Source: a virus
Lineage: Duplodnaviria; Caudoviricetes
Length of the DNA stretch: 52,354 nt
IMG/VR virus record: IMGVR_UViG_3300036785_000717
Coordinates: 1 to 52,354 of that record
Reading direction: 5' to 3' (one strand)
Notes under the pieces: generated by a model
What the model was told of the DNA's origin: nothing
The model's database searches: none
The model's input: the letters and a program-made list of their open reading frames with translations, nothing else
Position numbers and translations under genes: made by a program
Shown: in pieces, positions 8,597-17,854 of the stretch
How the letters are laid out: each line of letters begins with the position of its first letter
Numbering within the stretch: position 1 is the first letter of the stretch

Positions 8597-9168
8597 GCCG
8601 GCGCGTACCCCAGCAACGCTTCGCTGATCTCCGCGAGGCTCCGGCGCACGTTCGGGCGGAAGTCGAAGTCCGGCGCGCCGATCTGGAGGCCGCCGCCGAT
8701 GAAAAAGTCGGGATAGTCGGCCTTGGCGTAGACCGCGCCCAGCGGCGTGAAGATGTGGCTGGCCAGCACGCCCTGGCCGATCGCCACCAGGGCGTTCAGT
8801 TCGAAGGCGAGTTCAGTGAACCTGGCGCGCGCCCAGGGCGTGTCCCAAGCGTCGGGGCGGGCTGGATCCACGCCCACCGTGATCACCAGCGGCCACTGGA
8901 AGGGATCGCCGATCCACAGCGCGAAGCCGCTCTCGGCTGGGCGGAATTCGTCGGCGAGCGCGGTGTCAGACAAGCGCCATACGCACAGGAACGAGCGGCA
9001 GTCGGCCGGCCGGCGTTCGTAGATCAGGCAGTTGCGGCCCGCCGGGGCCAGCGCCGTCAGATGCCGGCAGCGCCGGCCCGCAGGCTTGCTGAGAGCCGCG
9101 ACGCTGGCCACCGTGCAGCAGAGGTCGCACCCCTCGCAGGTCCGTCTGGGCGCCAGTTTCCGCATCAT
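8593..9168 (-). CDS. YkgJ-like cysteine-cluster (Fe-S/Zn) protein
   Basis: CEGCDLCC...C.HL...CLIYERRP..CRSF.C pattern. Confidence 0.75.
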   Translation of the reverse strand: MMRKLAPRRTCEGCDLCCTVASVAALSKPAGRRCRHLTALAPAGRNCLIYERRPADCRSFLCVWRLSDTALADEFRPAESGFALWIGDPFQWPLVITVGVDPARPDAWDTPWARARFTELAFELNALVAIGQGVLASHIFTPLGAVYAKADYPDFFIGGGLQIGAPDFDFRPNVRRSLAEISEALLGYAPA

Positions 9169-9177
9169 GTCGTGCGC

Positions 9178-10032
9178 TCATGCCTCTCCGCCGACCCGCG
9201 CACGAGCGCCGAGGCCGACGATGGACCGGGCGTAGTCCGCCGCCGCTTGGGTCGCCGTGTAGCCGCACTGGGTCAGCACGCCGTAGACTTGGTGCTCAGA
9301 GATCTGGAGGTCCCGCGCGACCTGACTTGGCGCTACCCCGCTCTTGACGCGCTGAACGATGTCGTACCGCTGAGCGACGTACTGGCGCAGCGTCATGCCG
9401 TGCCGGTTGGCCGCAGCCTGCAACACCTTGAAGTTCATTGAGGACATCGGGCCTGCGAACGCGATGGTGCGCGTGCTGTTGTCCACCACGGTCGGCAGCA
9501 GCGACGGGTTGTCCCAAACCGGGCTCGCCGGGTCCTCCCACCACCACGGGCCGCTCTTAGGCACCTTCATCTTGCCGTTGACGCGCCGCATGAACTTCGA
9601 GGCCTTCGAGATGTTCGCGCCCCGCTCGTCGCCGGGGAACACGATCTGACCCTCGGCGCGCGCCTTGGCCTGGAGCCGGTAGACGACCTCGACGTGGATG
9701 CCGAGGCTGTCGGCGATGCGCTTGGGCGTCTCGCCGCGCAGGGCGCGTTCGATGATCTGACCCTCGGTGCTGGTGGCGCTCAGGCGGTCGCCCAACAGCG
9801 GCGTCTGCGGCTCGGGCTTTTCGCCCCGCCACTGGATCATCGGCTCAGGCGGCGGCGCTGGAGCGGCCCACGCCTGAATCGGTGGCGCCGAGGCGTGGGC
9901 GAGCGCCTGAGCGTGCGCCACGATGCTCGCGCGCACCGGGCCGGGAGGGATCGCGGAGAACGCCTCCACAAGCTCGACAGCGCCAGGCATGACGAAGAAT
10001 TGCGCGATCCGCGCCGGGTCCAGCATGTTCAT
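9178..10032 (-). CDS. Double-HTH putative regulator
   Basis: PKRIADSLGIHVEVVY and PSQVARDLQISEHQVY. Confidence 0.65.
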   Translation of the reverse strand: MNMLDPARIAQFFVMPGAVELVEAFSAIPPGPVRASIVAHAQALAHASAPPIQAWAAPAPPPEPMIQWRGEKPEPQTPLLGDRLSATSTEGQIIERALRGETPKRIADSLGIHVEVVYRLQAKARAEGQIVFPGDERGANISKASKFMRRVNGKMKVPKSGPWWWEDPASPVWDNPSLLPTVVDNSTRTIAFAGPMSSMNFKVLQAAANRHGMTLRQYVAQRYDIVQRVKSGVAPSQVARDLQISEHQVYGVLTQCGYTATQAAADYARSIVGLGARARVGGEA

Positions 10033-10406
10033 CGACGAGCAACACCTTTGCGGTTTCCATTGGCTGAGGCCAGCGGCCCCCAGGTTTTCGAATAGCCGAG
10101 CGCGAGGGCGACGATCGTCATGGTGTAGTTTTGAGGTCGTCGCACCGACTTATAGAGCCAGCCCATGATCGTGTAGCGCGAGACCTTGTGACCCAAACTC
10201 TCGGTCTCTTGCTCGATGTCTTCAGGACTTAGGCCGCTCTCACCAATAAGGCCGACAATGAAGTCCATGTCTGGATCTTTATCTATCCAGTTGTAGGACA
10301 GATAATTAGGTGTCGAAGGGATAAAATTCGGCCTTTTGGGCGCTGGCCTCCGCGCCTGCGACAGATAATGGGTGTCTGACAACCGCATTCCTCCTCTTCC
10401 GCTCAC
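10029..10406 (-). CDS. Putative HTH DNA-binding protein (lower GC)
   Basis: GLSPEDI...VSRYTIMGW...RRPQNYTM...ALGY. Confidence 0.55.
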   Translation of the reverse strand: MSGRGGMRLSDTHYLSQARRPAPKRPNFIPSTPNYLSYNWIDKDPDMDFIVGLIGESGLSPEDIEQETESLGHKVSRYTIMGWLYKSVRRPQNYTMTIVALALGYSKTWGPLASANGNRKGVARR

Positions 10407-10433
10407 TTACCTAGCGGGCTCTGACAAGTGTGG

Positions 10434-10451
10434 ATTGACGCGATAAGTAAG
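10434..10451 (+). promoter_or_regulatory. 18-bp operator-like site
   Basis: ATTGACGCGATAAGTAAG in the intergenic gap. Confidence 0.55.
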
Positions 10452-10508
10452 CGCGCGAACGCCGGTACGTCAATGAAAAGGGGACGTTTGGCCTCGTCCT
10501 GGGCGAAA

Positions 10509-10847
10509 CTAGCCCCTTTTGGGCTTGTCGTGCCGCGACTTGGCATGTCGGGCGCCGCTAGTTGGGGCGTCATCATACGCTTCGACCTCGGCGCTCTCTT
10601 TCTCGACCTCGGGCTCCTTCTCGGGCTCAGGTTCGGGCTTCGCAGCCTTCGGCTCATGTGGCGCATCGACCCCGTAGGTTTTGGCGACCTCGGCCGCCTC
10701 GTCCTGCGTCAGCCGGGGCGGGTTGGCGCTGACGTCGTCGGCCAGCGCCTGTTCGAGGTTGTGCGTCCACTGCTCAAGGTCGGCCTTCGCGCGCACCAGA
10801 CCTTGCACGCTGGCTTGGGTCGCGGGGCTCAAGGTGGGTTCGGTCAT
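10509..10847 (-). CDS. Acidic hypothetical protein
   Basis: First gene of the leftward chain; E/P/K-rich. Confidence 0.6.
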   Translation of the reverse strand: MTEPTLSPATQASVQGLVRAKADLEQWTHNLEQALADDVSANPPRLTQDEAAEVAKTYGVDAPHEPKAAKPEPEPEKEPEVEKESAEVEAYDDAPTSGARHAKSRHDKPKRG

Positions 10848-10865
10848 GTTCCATTGTCCAAAGGG

Positions 10866-10883
10866 CTTGACATCGGACGTAAG
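10866..10883 (+). promoter_or_regulatory. 18-bp operator-like site in the divergent promoter region
   Basis: CTTGACATCGGACGTAAG, followed by a second TTGACA. Confidence 0.65.
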
Positions 10884-10920
10884 TTGACAGGTTCGCGCGC
10901 CTGGGCATAGGTTTCGCGCC

Positions 10921-11018
10921 CAGACCGGCCTCTCTCGGGAGGGGCCACGCAGCCATCCAGTCTGACCGGCCCGGCGCTGGCAACGGACTTCCCACCTTCA
11001 GGTGAGAACCCGTTGCCA
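10921..11018 (+). promoter_or_regulatory. Structured 5' leader of the head operon
   Basis: TGGCAACGG (10978-86) pairs with CCGTTGCCA (11010-18), which contains the TTG start; inner CACCT/AGGTG stem; upstream GGCCTCTC/GAGGGGCC hairpin. Confidence 0.5.
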
Positions 11019-11621
11019 AACGTCAACGCGCCTTTTGGCTTCCAAGATTCCGGTGGGCTCGGCTCGCCCCCCACCTTCGAACAGCAGCAGGAACAGATCG
11101 CGTCGACCACGGCGCCGATCTTCACGGGTGATCCCGTGTTCCGCCTCGCAGATGGCACGATCGCGGGCGCGACCACCGGGCCGGGGCCTGGAGCGGGGGT
11201 GCTCGCCGGCATCTTCCAGGGCTGCGAATACATGTCCGTCGCCAACAAGCGCCCGACCTGGGCGAACTACTGGCCGGCGGGGGATGTGGCGGCCGGGAGC
11301 CTGTCGCGCTGCTGGATCAACAACGCTCCGGGCGCCCGTTTTCGGGTGCAGGCCGGCAACTCGACCACGGTCGGGTTCGTCCAGGCCGACGTCGGGATGA
11401 ACGCGCAGTTCGGCTACGGGACCGGCAATACCGCCAACGGGCTCTCGGGCGCGTACATCGACATGGCCGTCGCGCGCGCCGTCACCGCCACGCTGCCGTT
11501 CAGGATCATCGCCCTCATTGTGGATCCGCCAGGCGGCCCAGGCACCCAGGCCGGCGCCTACAACTGGGCGATCGTCGGCTTCAACAACGTCGAGACCAAG
11601 TCTCTGACGGCGCAGGCATAG
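11013..11621 (+). CDS. Capsid-associated (decoration/cement-like) protein
   Basis: N-terminal NVNAPFGF and IFTGDPV motifs; directly precedes the major capsid gene. Confidence 0.7.
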   Translation: MPNVNAPFGFQDSGGLGSPPTFEQQQEQIASTTAPIFTGDPVFRLADGTIAGATTGPGPGAGVLAGIFQGCEYMSVANKRPTWANYWPAGDVAAGSLSRCWINNAPGARFRVQAGNSTTVGFVQADVGMNAQFGYGTGNTANGLSGAYIDMAVARAVTATLPFRIIALIVDPPGGPGTQAGAYNWAIVGFNNVETKSLTAQA

Positions 11622-11630
11622 GGGAGCGAG

Positions 11631-12545
11631 ATGGCTGTCAACATTGCGGCTATCAAGGATCTCCTCTTCCCCGGCCTGCGAGGCGTCGAAGGTCGTTACG
11701 AGCAGATCCCCAGCCAGTGGGACAAGGTCTACACCCGGCACACCTCGAAGATGGCGCTGGAGCGCACCGTCGAGATGCGCTTCCTGGGCCTGGCCCAGCT
11801 GAAGACCGAGGGTGGCCAAACCCAGTTCGACAACGCTGCGGGCGAGCGCTTCATCTTCAACCAAGAACACCGCGAGATCGGCCTCGGCTACGCGATGACG
11901 CGCAAGTCGATCGACGACAACCTCTACAAGAGCCAGTTCCACCCCTCGAACATGGGCCTGGTGGAGAGCTACCAGCAAACCAAGGAACTCTACGGCGCCA
12001 ACGTCTTCAACGTCGGCCAGGTCTACGATCCGTCCATCGGCGGCGATGGGGTGGCGCTGTTCGCGCCGAACCACCCGATCGACGGCGGCGTATACTCGAA
12101 CATCGCCTCCGCGCCGGTCGATCTCAACGAAGCGTCACTATTGAACGGCATGGTCCAGGTCCGCACCCAGTTCCGCGACCAGGCCGGGCTGCGGATGTTC
12201 AGCCGCGCCAGGAAACTGATCGGGCCGCCGCAACTTGAGCCGGTGATGATCAGACTGACCAAGACCGAGGCGCGTCCTGGGACAGCAGACAACGACGTCA
12301 ACGCCATTCACTCCACCGCCGGTGGCCTGACTGAAGGCTATATGGTGATGGACTTCTTGACGTCACCCTATGCGTGGTTTTTGCTAACCAATATAGATGG
12401 CCTCAGTTACATGACCCGCATAGCATTCGAGACAGATATGCAAGTCGACTTCATCACAGATAACCTATTGGTGAAGGCATACGAGAGGTATTCGTTCGCG
12501 TATTACAACCCGCGGGCCGGTTGGGCGAGCTATCCGACGTCTTAA
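11631..12545 (+). CDS. Major capsid protein
   Basis: IKDLLFPGL, GDGVALF...HP, AWFLLT, VKAYERYSF...PR motifs of HK97-fold capsids of this group; RBS GGGGAG. Confidence 0.9.
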   Translation: MAVNIAAIKDLLFPGLRGVEGRYEQIPSQWDKVYTRHTSKMALERTVEMRFLGLAQLKTEGGQTQFDNAAGERFIFNQEHREIGLGYAMTRKSIDDNLYKSQFHPSNMGLVESYQQTKELYGANVFNVGQVYDPSIGGDGVALFAPNHPIDGGVYSNIASAPVDLNEASLLNGMVQVRTQFRDQAGLRMFSRARKLIGPPQLEPVMIRLTKTEARPGTADNDVNAIHSTAGGLTEGYMVMDFLTSPYAWFLLTNIDGLSYMTRIAFETDMQVDFITDNLLVKAYERYSFAYYNPRAGWASYPTS

Positions 12546-12563
12546 TGCTGGGGAGAACGGCTG

Positions 12564-13106
12564 ATGAACGTCCGAGGCGGCCAACTGAACCAAACAACTC
12601 TAAACCCCGTGTTTCCGGGGACGCGGTTCACTGGCCCGATCCTGGCCGGCAACATCCTGCGCTCGGGCGGCCCGAACCTGGCGGGCCTCGGCTCACAGGA
12701 CCAGAACACGCTCGCCAACGTCGGCTACGCCAAGATGGTTCAGGTCGGCCGCGTCACCCAGGCGGCCTCGCCAGGGCAGCCGGCGGGCGTCTTCGTGAGC
12801 CCCGACCTGATCATCCCGGCCCAGTCGATGATCCTCTCGATCACGTCCCTCGTGCTCGTCGCCTTCACGGGGACGGCCTCGACGTTCGGGGTCGGCAATA
12901 CGACGAACCCCACCGCCTTCACGGCGGCGGGCGCGCTCACCGCGCCGCAGACGGCGCTCATCAGCGCCGCCGGAGCCGCGCAGGCCAACTGGACGAACAC
13001 CGGCAACATCGACGAGCAGCTGGTCTTCACGTCGACCAACACGGGCGCGGGCGTGATGCTCGCCATCGTCGAGTACCTCCAGGGGATCAACGCCCCGCTT
13101 TCCTGA
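12564..13106 (+). CDS. Virion structural protein
   Basis: Follows the capsid gene; TRFTGPI and IPAQSMI motifs; beta-rich. Confidence 0.65.
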   Translation: MNVRGGQLNQTTLNPVFPGTRFTGPILAGNILRSGGPNLAGLGSQDQNTLANVGYAKMVQVGRVTQAASPGQPAGVFVSPDLIIPAQSMILSITSLVLVAFTGTASTFGVGNTTNPTAFTAAGALTAPQTALISAAGAAQANWTNTGNIDEQLVFTSTNTGAGVMLAIVEYLQGINAPLS

Positions 13107-13134
13107 CCACAACCAGAACCAAGGGTCTTAAGCG

Positions 13135-13392
13135 ATGAAGACGAAGATGCGCCGTCGTGGCGGCGAGGCCGCCGATGAAAAGGGCCGTGAGCGGCCCGCC
13201 AAGCACCACGAGCAGATGGAAGACCTCGACTACGCCAAGGAGGTTGGTCCGGTGCGCGGCGAGCATGGCAAGGCCACCGCCGGCAGGTCGCCGCGCAAGG
13301 CCGGCGGCGGCGTCGGCGCCGATACCAAGCCGTTCTCCTCGGCGAAGGGCGGCGAGAAGCCAGCCGGTCGCCACACGATGACGAGCGACTGA
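13135..13392 (+). CDS. Small basic protein with three xxxGG motifs
   Basis: RRRGG, RKAGG, SAKGG; K/R-rich. Confidence 0.65.
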   Translation: MKTKMRRRGGEAADEKGRERPAKHHEQMEDLDYAKEVGPVRGEHGKATAGRSPRKAGGGVGADTKPFSSAKGGEKPAGRHTMTSD

Positions 13393-13407
13393 CGCGAGTA
13401 GGACGCC

Positions 13408-14049
13408 ATGCGGCCGGTCACCTTCACGATGGGGCCCTACGCGGCGGCCTCCCAGACGGCGATCTGCCTCGCCCAGACGCCAGCTGCAGCCGGGCCGCTC
13501 ATCCTCAACGGCCCCACCGTGGCAGGCGGCGTCGCCACCCTCGATATCGCCCGCAATGTCGTGATCAACACGACCGCCGACGAGCGGCCCCGCACCCTCA
13601 CCATCGAGGGGACCGACTGGCGCGGCGATCCGATCGGCGAGGTGCTGCAGGGCGTCAACGTCGGGACCGTGGTGAGCGTCAACAACTACCTCACCATCAC
13701 CGCCGTGCGGATCAGCGGCCCGGCCGCAGGCGCCATCACGGTCGGCACCGCCTTGCCCGTCTACTCGCCCTGGGTGCGGCTGGACGACTACGGCGGCGCG
13801 TTCCTGAACTACTCGCTCGCAGTGTCGGGCGCGGCGACCTACACCGTGCAGCAGAGCTTCGATGACCCGAACTCGCCGACCAACCCGGTGGCGCCTGCGG
13901 CGGTGAACTGGCAGCCGTCGTCGATCGCCGCGCTCGTCGGCGCCTCGACCACGCAGCAGGGCGCCTACGGCTCCGTCCCGCCGTGGCTGCGAGTGATGTT
14001 CAGTGCAGGGACGGGATCGCTCACGGCGACGTTCCTGCAGCCCGGCTAG
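13408..14049 (+). CDS. Virion structural protein
   Basis: Beta-rich (TIEGTD..G.PI.E); structural operon position. Confidence 0.65.
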   Translation: MRPVTFTMGPYAAASQTAICLAQTPAAAGPLILNGPTVAGGVATLDIARNVVINTTADERPRTLTIEGTDWRGDPIGEVLQGVNVGTVVSVNNYLTITAVRISGPAAGAITVGTALPVYSPWVRLDDYGGAFLNYSLAVSGAATYTVQQSFDDPNSPTNPVAPAAVNWQPSSIAALVGASTTQQGAYGSVPPWLRVMFSAGTGSLTATFLQPG

Positions 14050-14054
14050 GGTCA

Positions 14055-15128
14055 ATGGGCGACCCCTTTCCCTACCCGACCCAGACCATCCCCGGTCTGC
14101 CGCCGGCAGGCGCCCTGCTGGGCGATGAAGAGGTCTGGGTGAACCAGGCGGGCGTCGATGCGCGCACCACGCTCAGCGACATCGTGGAGATCTCCTTCCT
14201 GGCGGGCGCCTCGACCACCGTTCCGCTGATCGATGTGGCCTGGGGCGCCGTCGGCGTGGGTTTGACCTGGGCGCGGGCCGATCACGCCCACCCGATGCCT
14301 CGGCTCGACCAGATCCTGCCGCCCGCCAACATCGTTTCGATGAACGGCTACAGCCTCATCGGCGTGGCCACCCCGGTGAGCCCCACTGACGCGGCCACCA
14401 AAGCCTATGTCGATGCGCTCATCCAGGGCATGGTGCTCAAGCCCAATGCGAACCTGGCCACCACCGCCGGCCTGCCCGCCAACACCTACAACAACGGCTC
14501 CGCAGGCTCCGGCGCGACGCTGACCGCCACGGCCAACGGCCTGCTCTCCGTCGACGGCTTCGCGACGGCGTCCGGCCAGATCATCCTCGTCAAGAACGAG
14601 GCCAACGCCGCCAACAACGGCCTCTACGACGTGACCCAGCCTGGATCCGCGTCCACCCCCTATATCCTCACGCGCAACGCCAGCATGAACCAGGCCGCCG
14701 AGATATCGGGCGCCCTGGTGTCGATCCTGCAAGGAACCGCCAACGCCAATGGGCTCTGGCTGGCCAACCCGACGGCCCCGGTGACGATCGGCACCACGCT
14801 GATCCCCTGGACACAGCTGAACGCCCAGACGGCGCTCCAGGCGGGCCTGGGCATCAGCATCGCCGCGAACACCGTCTCGGCGGTCGCCTACAACGGCATC
14901 TCCGTCACCGCCTCGGGCATCGGCGCGGTGGGCGTCGCGGGTCAGATCAGGGTCACGGCGGCGGGGATCGGCATCGACCCGGCCTACGTCGGCCAGGCCT
15001 CGATCACGACGGTGGGGGCCATCGCCACAGGAACGTGGACTGCGGGGGCCGTCACCGCGCCGTCGGTGACCGGGGCCACGCCGACGGCGGTGCTGGACTC
15101 GTTCGTCATCGATGCGGGGACGTTTTGA
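14055..15128 (+). CDS. Fibre/head-fibre protein
   Basis: DAATKAYVD, ILVKNE.NAANNGLY, C-terminal IDAGTF. Confidence 0.75.
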   Translation: MGDPFPYPTQTIPGLPPAGALLGDEEVWVNQAGVDARTTLSDIVEISFLAGASTTVPLIDVAWGAVGVGLTWARADHAHPMPRLDQILPPANIVSMNGYSLIGVATPVSPTDAATKAYVDALIQGMVLKPNANLATTAGLPANTYNNGSAGSGATLTATANGLLSVDGFATASGQIILVKNEANAANNGLYDVTQPGSASTPYILTRNASMNQAAEISGALVSILQGTANANGLWLANPTAPVTIGTTLIPWTQLNAQTALQAGLGISIAANTVSAVAYNGISVTASGIGAVGVAGQIRVTAAGIGIDPAYVGQASITTVGAIATGTWTAGAVTAPSVTGATPTAVLDSFVIDAGTF

Positions 15129-15170
15129 GTGGCTGGAATATTCCAGTGACGGAGTTCTCCTAAATAGGAG

Positions 15171-17156
15171 GTGGTCATGGTCAATAAGGTTCTCACGCTC
15201 CGGTCTACCGTCACCGGCAACCGTCCGCCAGCGGGGCATCTGCCTGGCGAACTGTACGTGAACCTTGCCGACAACCAACTCGGCATCGTCAATACATCAA
15301 GCGCCAACCAAGACCTCCTGGCCGTGCGCTACTTTTCCACCACCGCCAACTATGCAGTGGGCGACTTTGTGCTGCAGGGCGGCAACCTCTACCGCGCCAC
15401 GACGGCGAGCGCGCCGGGGGCGTTCAACGCCGCCAACTGGTCCATGGTGGCCACGGCGGCGACCCTCTCGGCGGGGTATCTGCCCCTCACGGGGGGAACA
15501 CTCACTGGCCCGCTTCAGGTCGGTGGCAACGTCACCCTAAACGCCCCGGCTGGCGCTGGCGCCCTCGTGGCTGTCAACGCCGGCCCTGGTTGGGGCAAGA
15601 ACCTTGCCTTCCAGACTGCAGGCGTTAACCGTTGGGTCGTCTACTCCAACAACACCGCCGAGAACCCCCCGAACAACACCGGGTCGGACTTCAGCATCAG
15701 TCGCTACACCGACGCAGGTGCCCTGGTCGACAACCCGCTCGCCATCACCCGCAGCAGCGGCGCGGTGGCCATCGGCGCGGGCGGGCTCACGGTGGCGGGC
15801 CCAGCGACGGTCTCCGGTCCCAACCCCACTATAACTCTGAGCGGCGCGAGTACAGTCAACCGCATGATCTACATGGAGAGCAACGGCTCCCTGCGCTGGA
15901 TCATGGGGGCGGATGCCGAGAACGAGACCGGGTCCAACGCCGGATCTAATTTGCTCATCCAACGGTTCAACGACAGCGGCGCGATGATCGACAACCCGGT
16001 TGTCATCTACCGCAACGACGGCTCAGTGCGCATCTCGAACCCCCTCTGGACGCCCCAAGCCAACCTCAACGCTGCCGCAGGAGTCTCTAAAGCCCTCTAC
16101 TTCATGACCGGCGGCAGCCCTCGCTGGGTTCTCTACAGCGACGGCTCAGCGGAGTCCGGCGGTAATGCTGGGTCAACTCTACAACTCACCAGCTACACCG
16201 ACGCCGGGGCTGGCCTATGCAACGTGATGAGCATCACGCGCGCCGGGGTTGTCACGTTCAACGCCACGCAACCCATCATCCACAGCGGCCCGGCCGCGAC
16301 CAACAGGGGGATGGCGATCTATACCGGCGCGACTTGCCGCTGGCAGGTGCTGGGCGACGCTACGGCCGAGAGCGGCGGCAACGCCGGGACCAACTTCGCC
16401 ATCGCCCGCTACAACGACGCCGGGGCCTACCTCGACGAGCCGATCACCATTCAGCGCAGCACCGGCGTGGTCGGTTTGAACATTGGCGCTGCCGCTCCCA
16501 CCAAGGGCTTGCAGGACAACTCCACCAACGTCGCTACCACCGCCTACGTCTTCAACAACGGCATACAAAGCGGTCTAAACACCGAGATCAACAGCCCGGC
16601 GACCCTGACGCTGGGCCAAGCCAACGCCGGCCATTTGGTGGGGCTGAACCGGACCTCGGGGACCATCACCACCGTCGTCTTTCCTTCGACGGGAGGCGCG
16701 GGCGCTTACGGGACTTTCCTTCTCAACAACCAGGGCGGCACCGCGATCGCCCTCAGCTTCCCCCTCGGCTGCGACTACGGGGGCACCCTCGCCGCCGGCA
16801 AACAGGTGATGGTGTCGGGCGACGGCAACGGCTTCTACCGCACCATCGCGACGGGCGGTTCCGGGACGCTCCTGATCGCGCCCGCCCAATTCGAGGCCGA
16901 CCACACCCTCACCGAGGCCGACTGGGACGACGGCAGCCTCCACTTCACCGAGGACGCCACGGTGACCATCCCGGCCGACTTCCCGCCCCGCGCGAAGGTC
17001 GAGGTCTCGTGCGCCAGGGGGGCGACGGTCACCTTCGCCTATGAGGGCGTGATGCTTGCCATCCCCGGCGGCGATGAGGGTCCCCACGACCTGGTCGGCC
17101 CGGCGATCACCATGATCCGGCGCCGGGGCGACGAGATCTGGCTGGGGTGCTGCTAG
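15171..17156 (+). CDS. Tail fibre / receptor-binding protein
   Basis: N-terminal LRS...P...PGELYVNLAD, YLPLTGGTLTG, four internal RW...AE..N.GS repeats, DNSTNVATTAYV. Confidence 0.8.
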   Translation: MVMVNKVLTLRSTVTGNRPPAGHLPGELYVNLADNQLGIVNTSSANQDLLAVRYFSTTANYAVGDFVLQGGNLYRATTASAPGAFNAANWSMVATAATLSAGYLPLTGGTLTGPLQVGGNVTLNAPAGAGALVAVNAGPGWGKNLAFQTAGVNRWVVYSNNTAENPPNNTGSDFSISRYTDAGALVDNPLAITRSSGAVAIGAGGLTVAGPATVSGPNPTITLSGASTVNRMIYMESNGSLRWIMGADAENETGSNAGSNLLIQRFNDSGAMIDNPVVIYRNDGSVRISNPLWTPQANLNAAAGVSKALYFMTGGSPRWVLYSDGSAESGGNAGSTLQLTSYTDAGAGLCNVMSITRAGVVTFNATQPIIHSGPAATNRGMAIYTGATCRWQVLGDATAESGGNAGTNFAIARYNDAGAYLDEPITIQRSTGVVGLNIGAAAPTKGLQDNSTNVATTAYVFNNGIQSGLNTEINSPATLTLGQANAGHLVGLNRTSGTITTVVFPSTGGAGAYGTFLLNNQGGTAIALSFPLGCDYGGTLAAGKQVMVSGDGNGFYRTIATGGSGTLLIAPAQFEADHTLTEADWDDGSLHFTEDATVTIPADFPPRAKVEVSCARGATVTFAYEGVMLAIPGGDEGPHDLVGPAITMIRRRGDEIWLGCC

Positions 17157-17849
17157 ATGAACGCGACGTCGGGAACCTACGGCTTTGAGCCGTCGCTGGG
17201 CGAGTTGACGCTGTACAGCTTCAACCTGGCCGGCGTGCGCCAGACCGCGCTCACCCAGAGCCACATGGAATCGGCGCGGATGGCGGCCAATATGGTCAAC
17301 GCCAGGTGGTCGGCGATGGGGGTGAACCTCTGGTCCGTCGATCTGCAGACGATCCAGCTGGTCCCTGGAAACGCGACCTATTCGGTCCCCAGGAACACCG
17401 TGGCCATCCTCGACGCCTATGCGACGCGCGGCCAGGGCGCCGGCCTGCGCAACCGCCCCCTCGTGCCGATCTCGCGCACGGAATTCGCCTCGTACTCCAA
17501 CCCCAACCAGCCCGGCGCCGTGAACGTCTACTGGTACGACCAGCTGCTCGCGCCGACGCTCACCCTGTATCTCTGCCCCGACGGGACCGATGACAGCATC
17601 TCCTACTACCGCCTGCGGCAGATGCAGGACGCCCAGCTGGCCAACGCCGCATCGCCGGAGATGCCGTTCTATTTCCTCGAAGCCTACGCCTATGGGCTCG
17701 CCCAGCGCCTGGCGACGATCTGGAACCCCGCACTGGCGACTGGCCTCAAGGCGTTGGCGGACGAGAGCTACGAGATCGCCGCCAACCGGAACACGGAGCA
17801 GGCGGCGTTCTATATATCACCGCAGATAGCGGGCTATTTCAGGACCTGA
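17157..17849 (+). CDS. Head-tail adaptor / tail tubular A-like protein
   Basis: W...GVNLW, ISR.EF...N....G...Y, F.EA...GLA.RLA motifs; position. Confidence 0.65.
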   Translation: MNATSGTYGFEPSLGELTLYSFNLAGVRQTALTQSHMESARMAANMVNARWSAMGVNLWSVDLQTIQLVPGNATYSVPRNTVAILDAYATRGQGAGLRNRPLVPISRTEFASYSNPNQPGAVNVYWYDQLLAPTLTLYLCPDGTDDSISYYRLRQMQDAQLANAASPEMPFYFLEAYAYGLAQRLATIWNPALATGLKALADESYEIAANRNTEQAAFYISPQIAGYFRT

Positions 17850-17854
17850 CGCAG

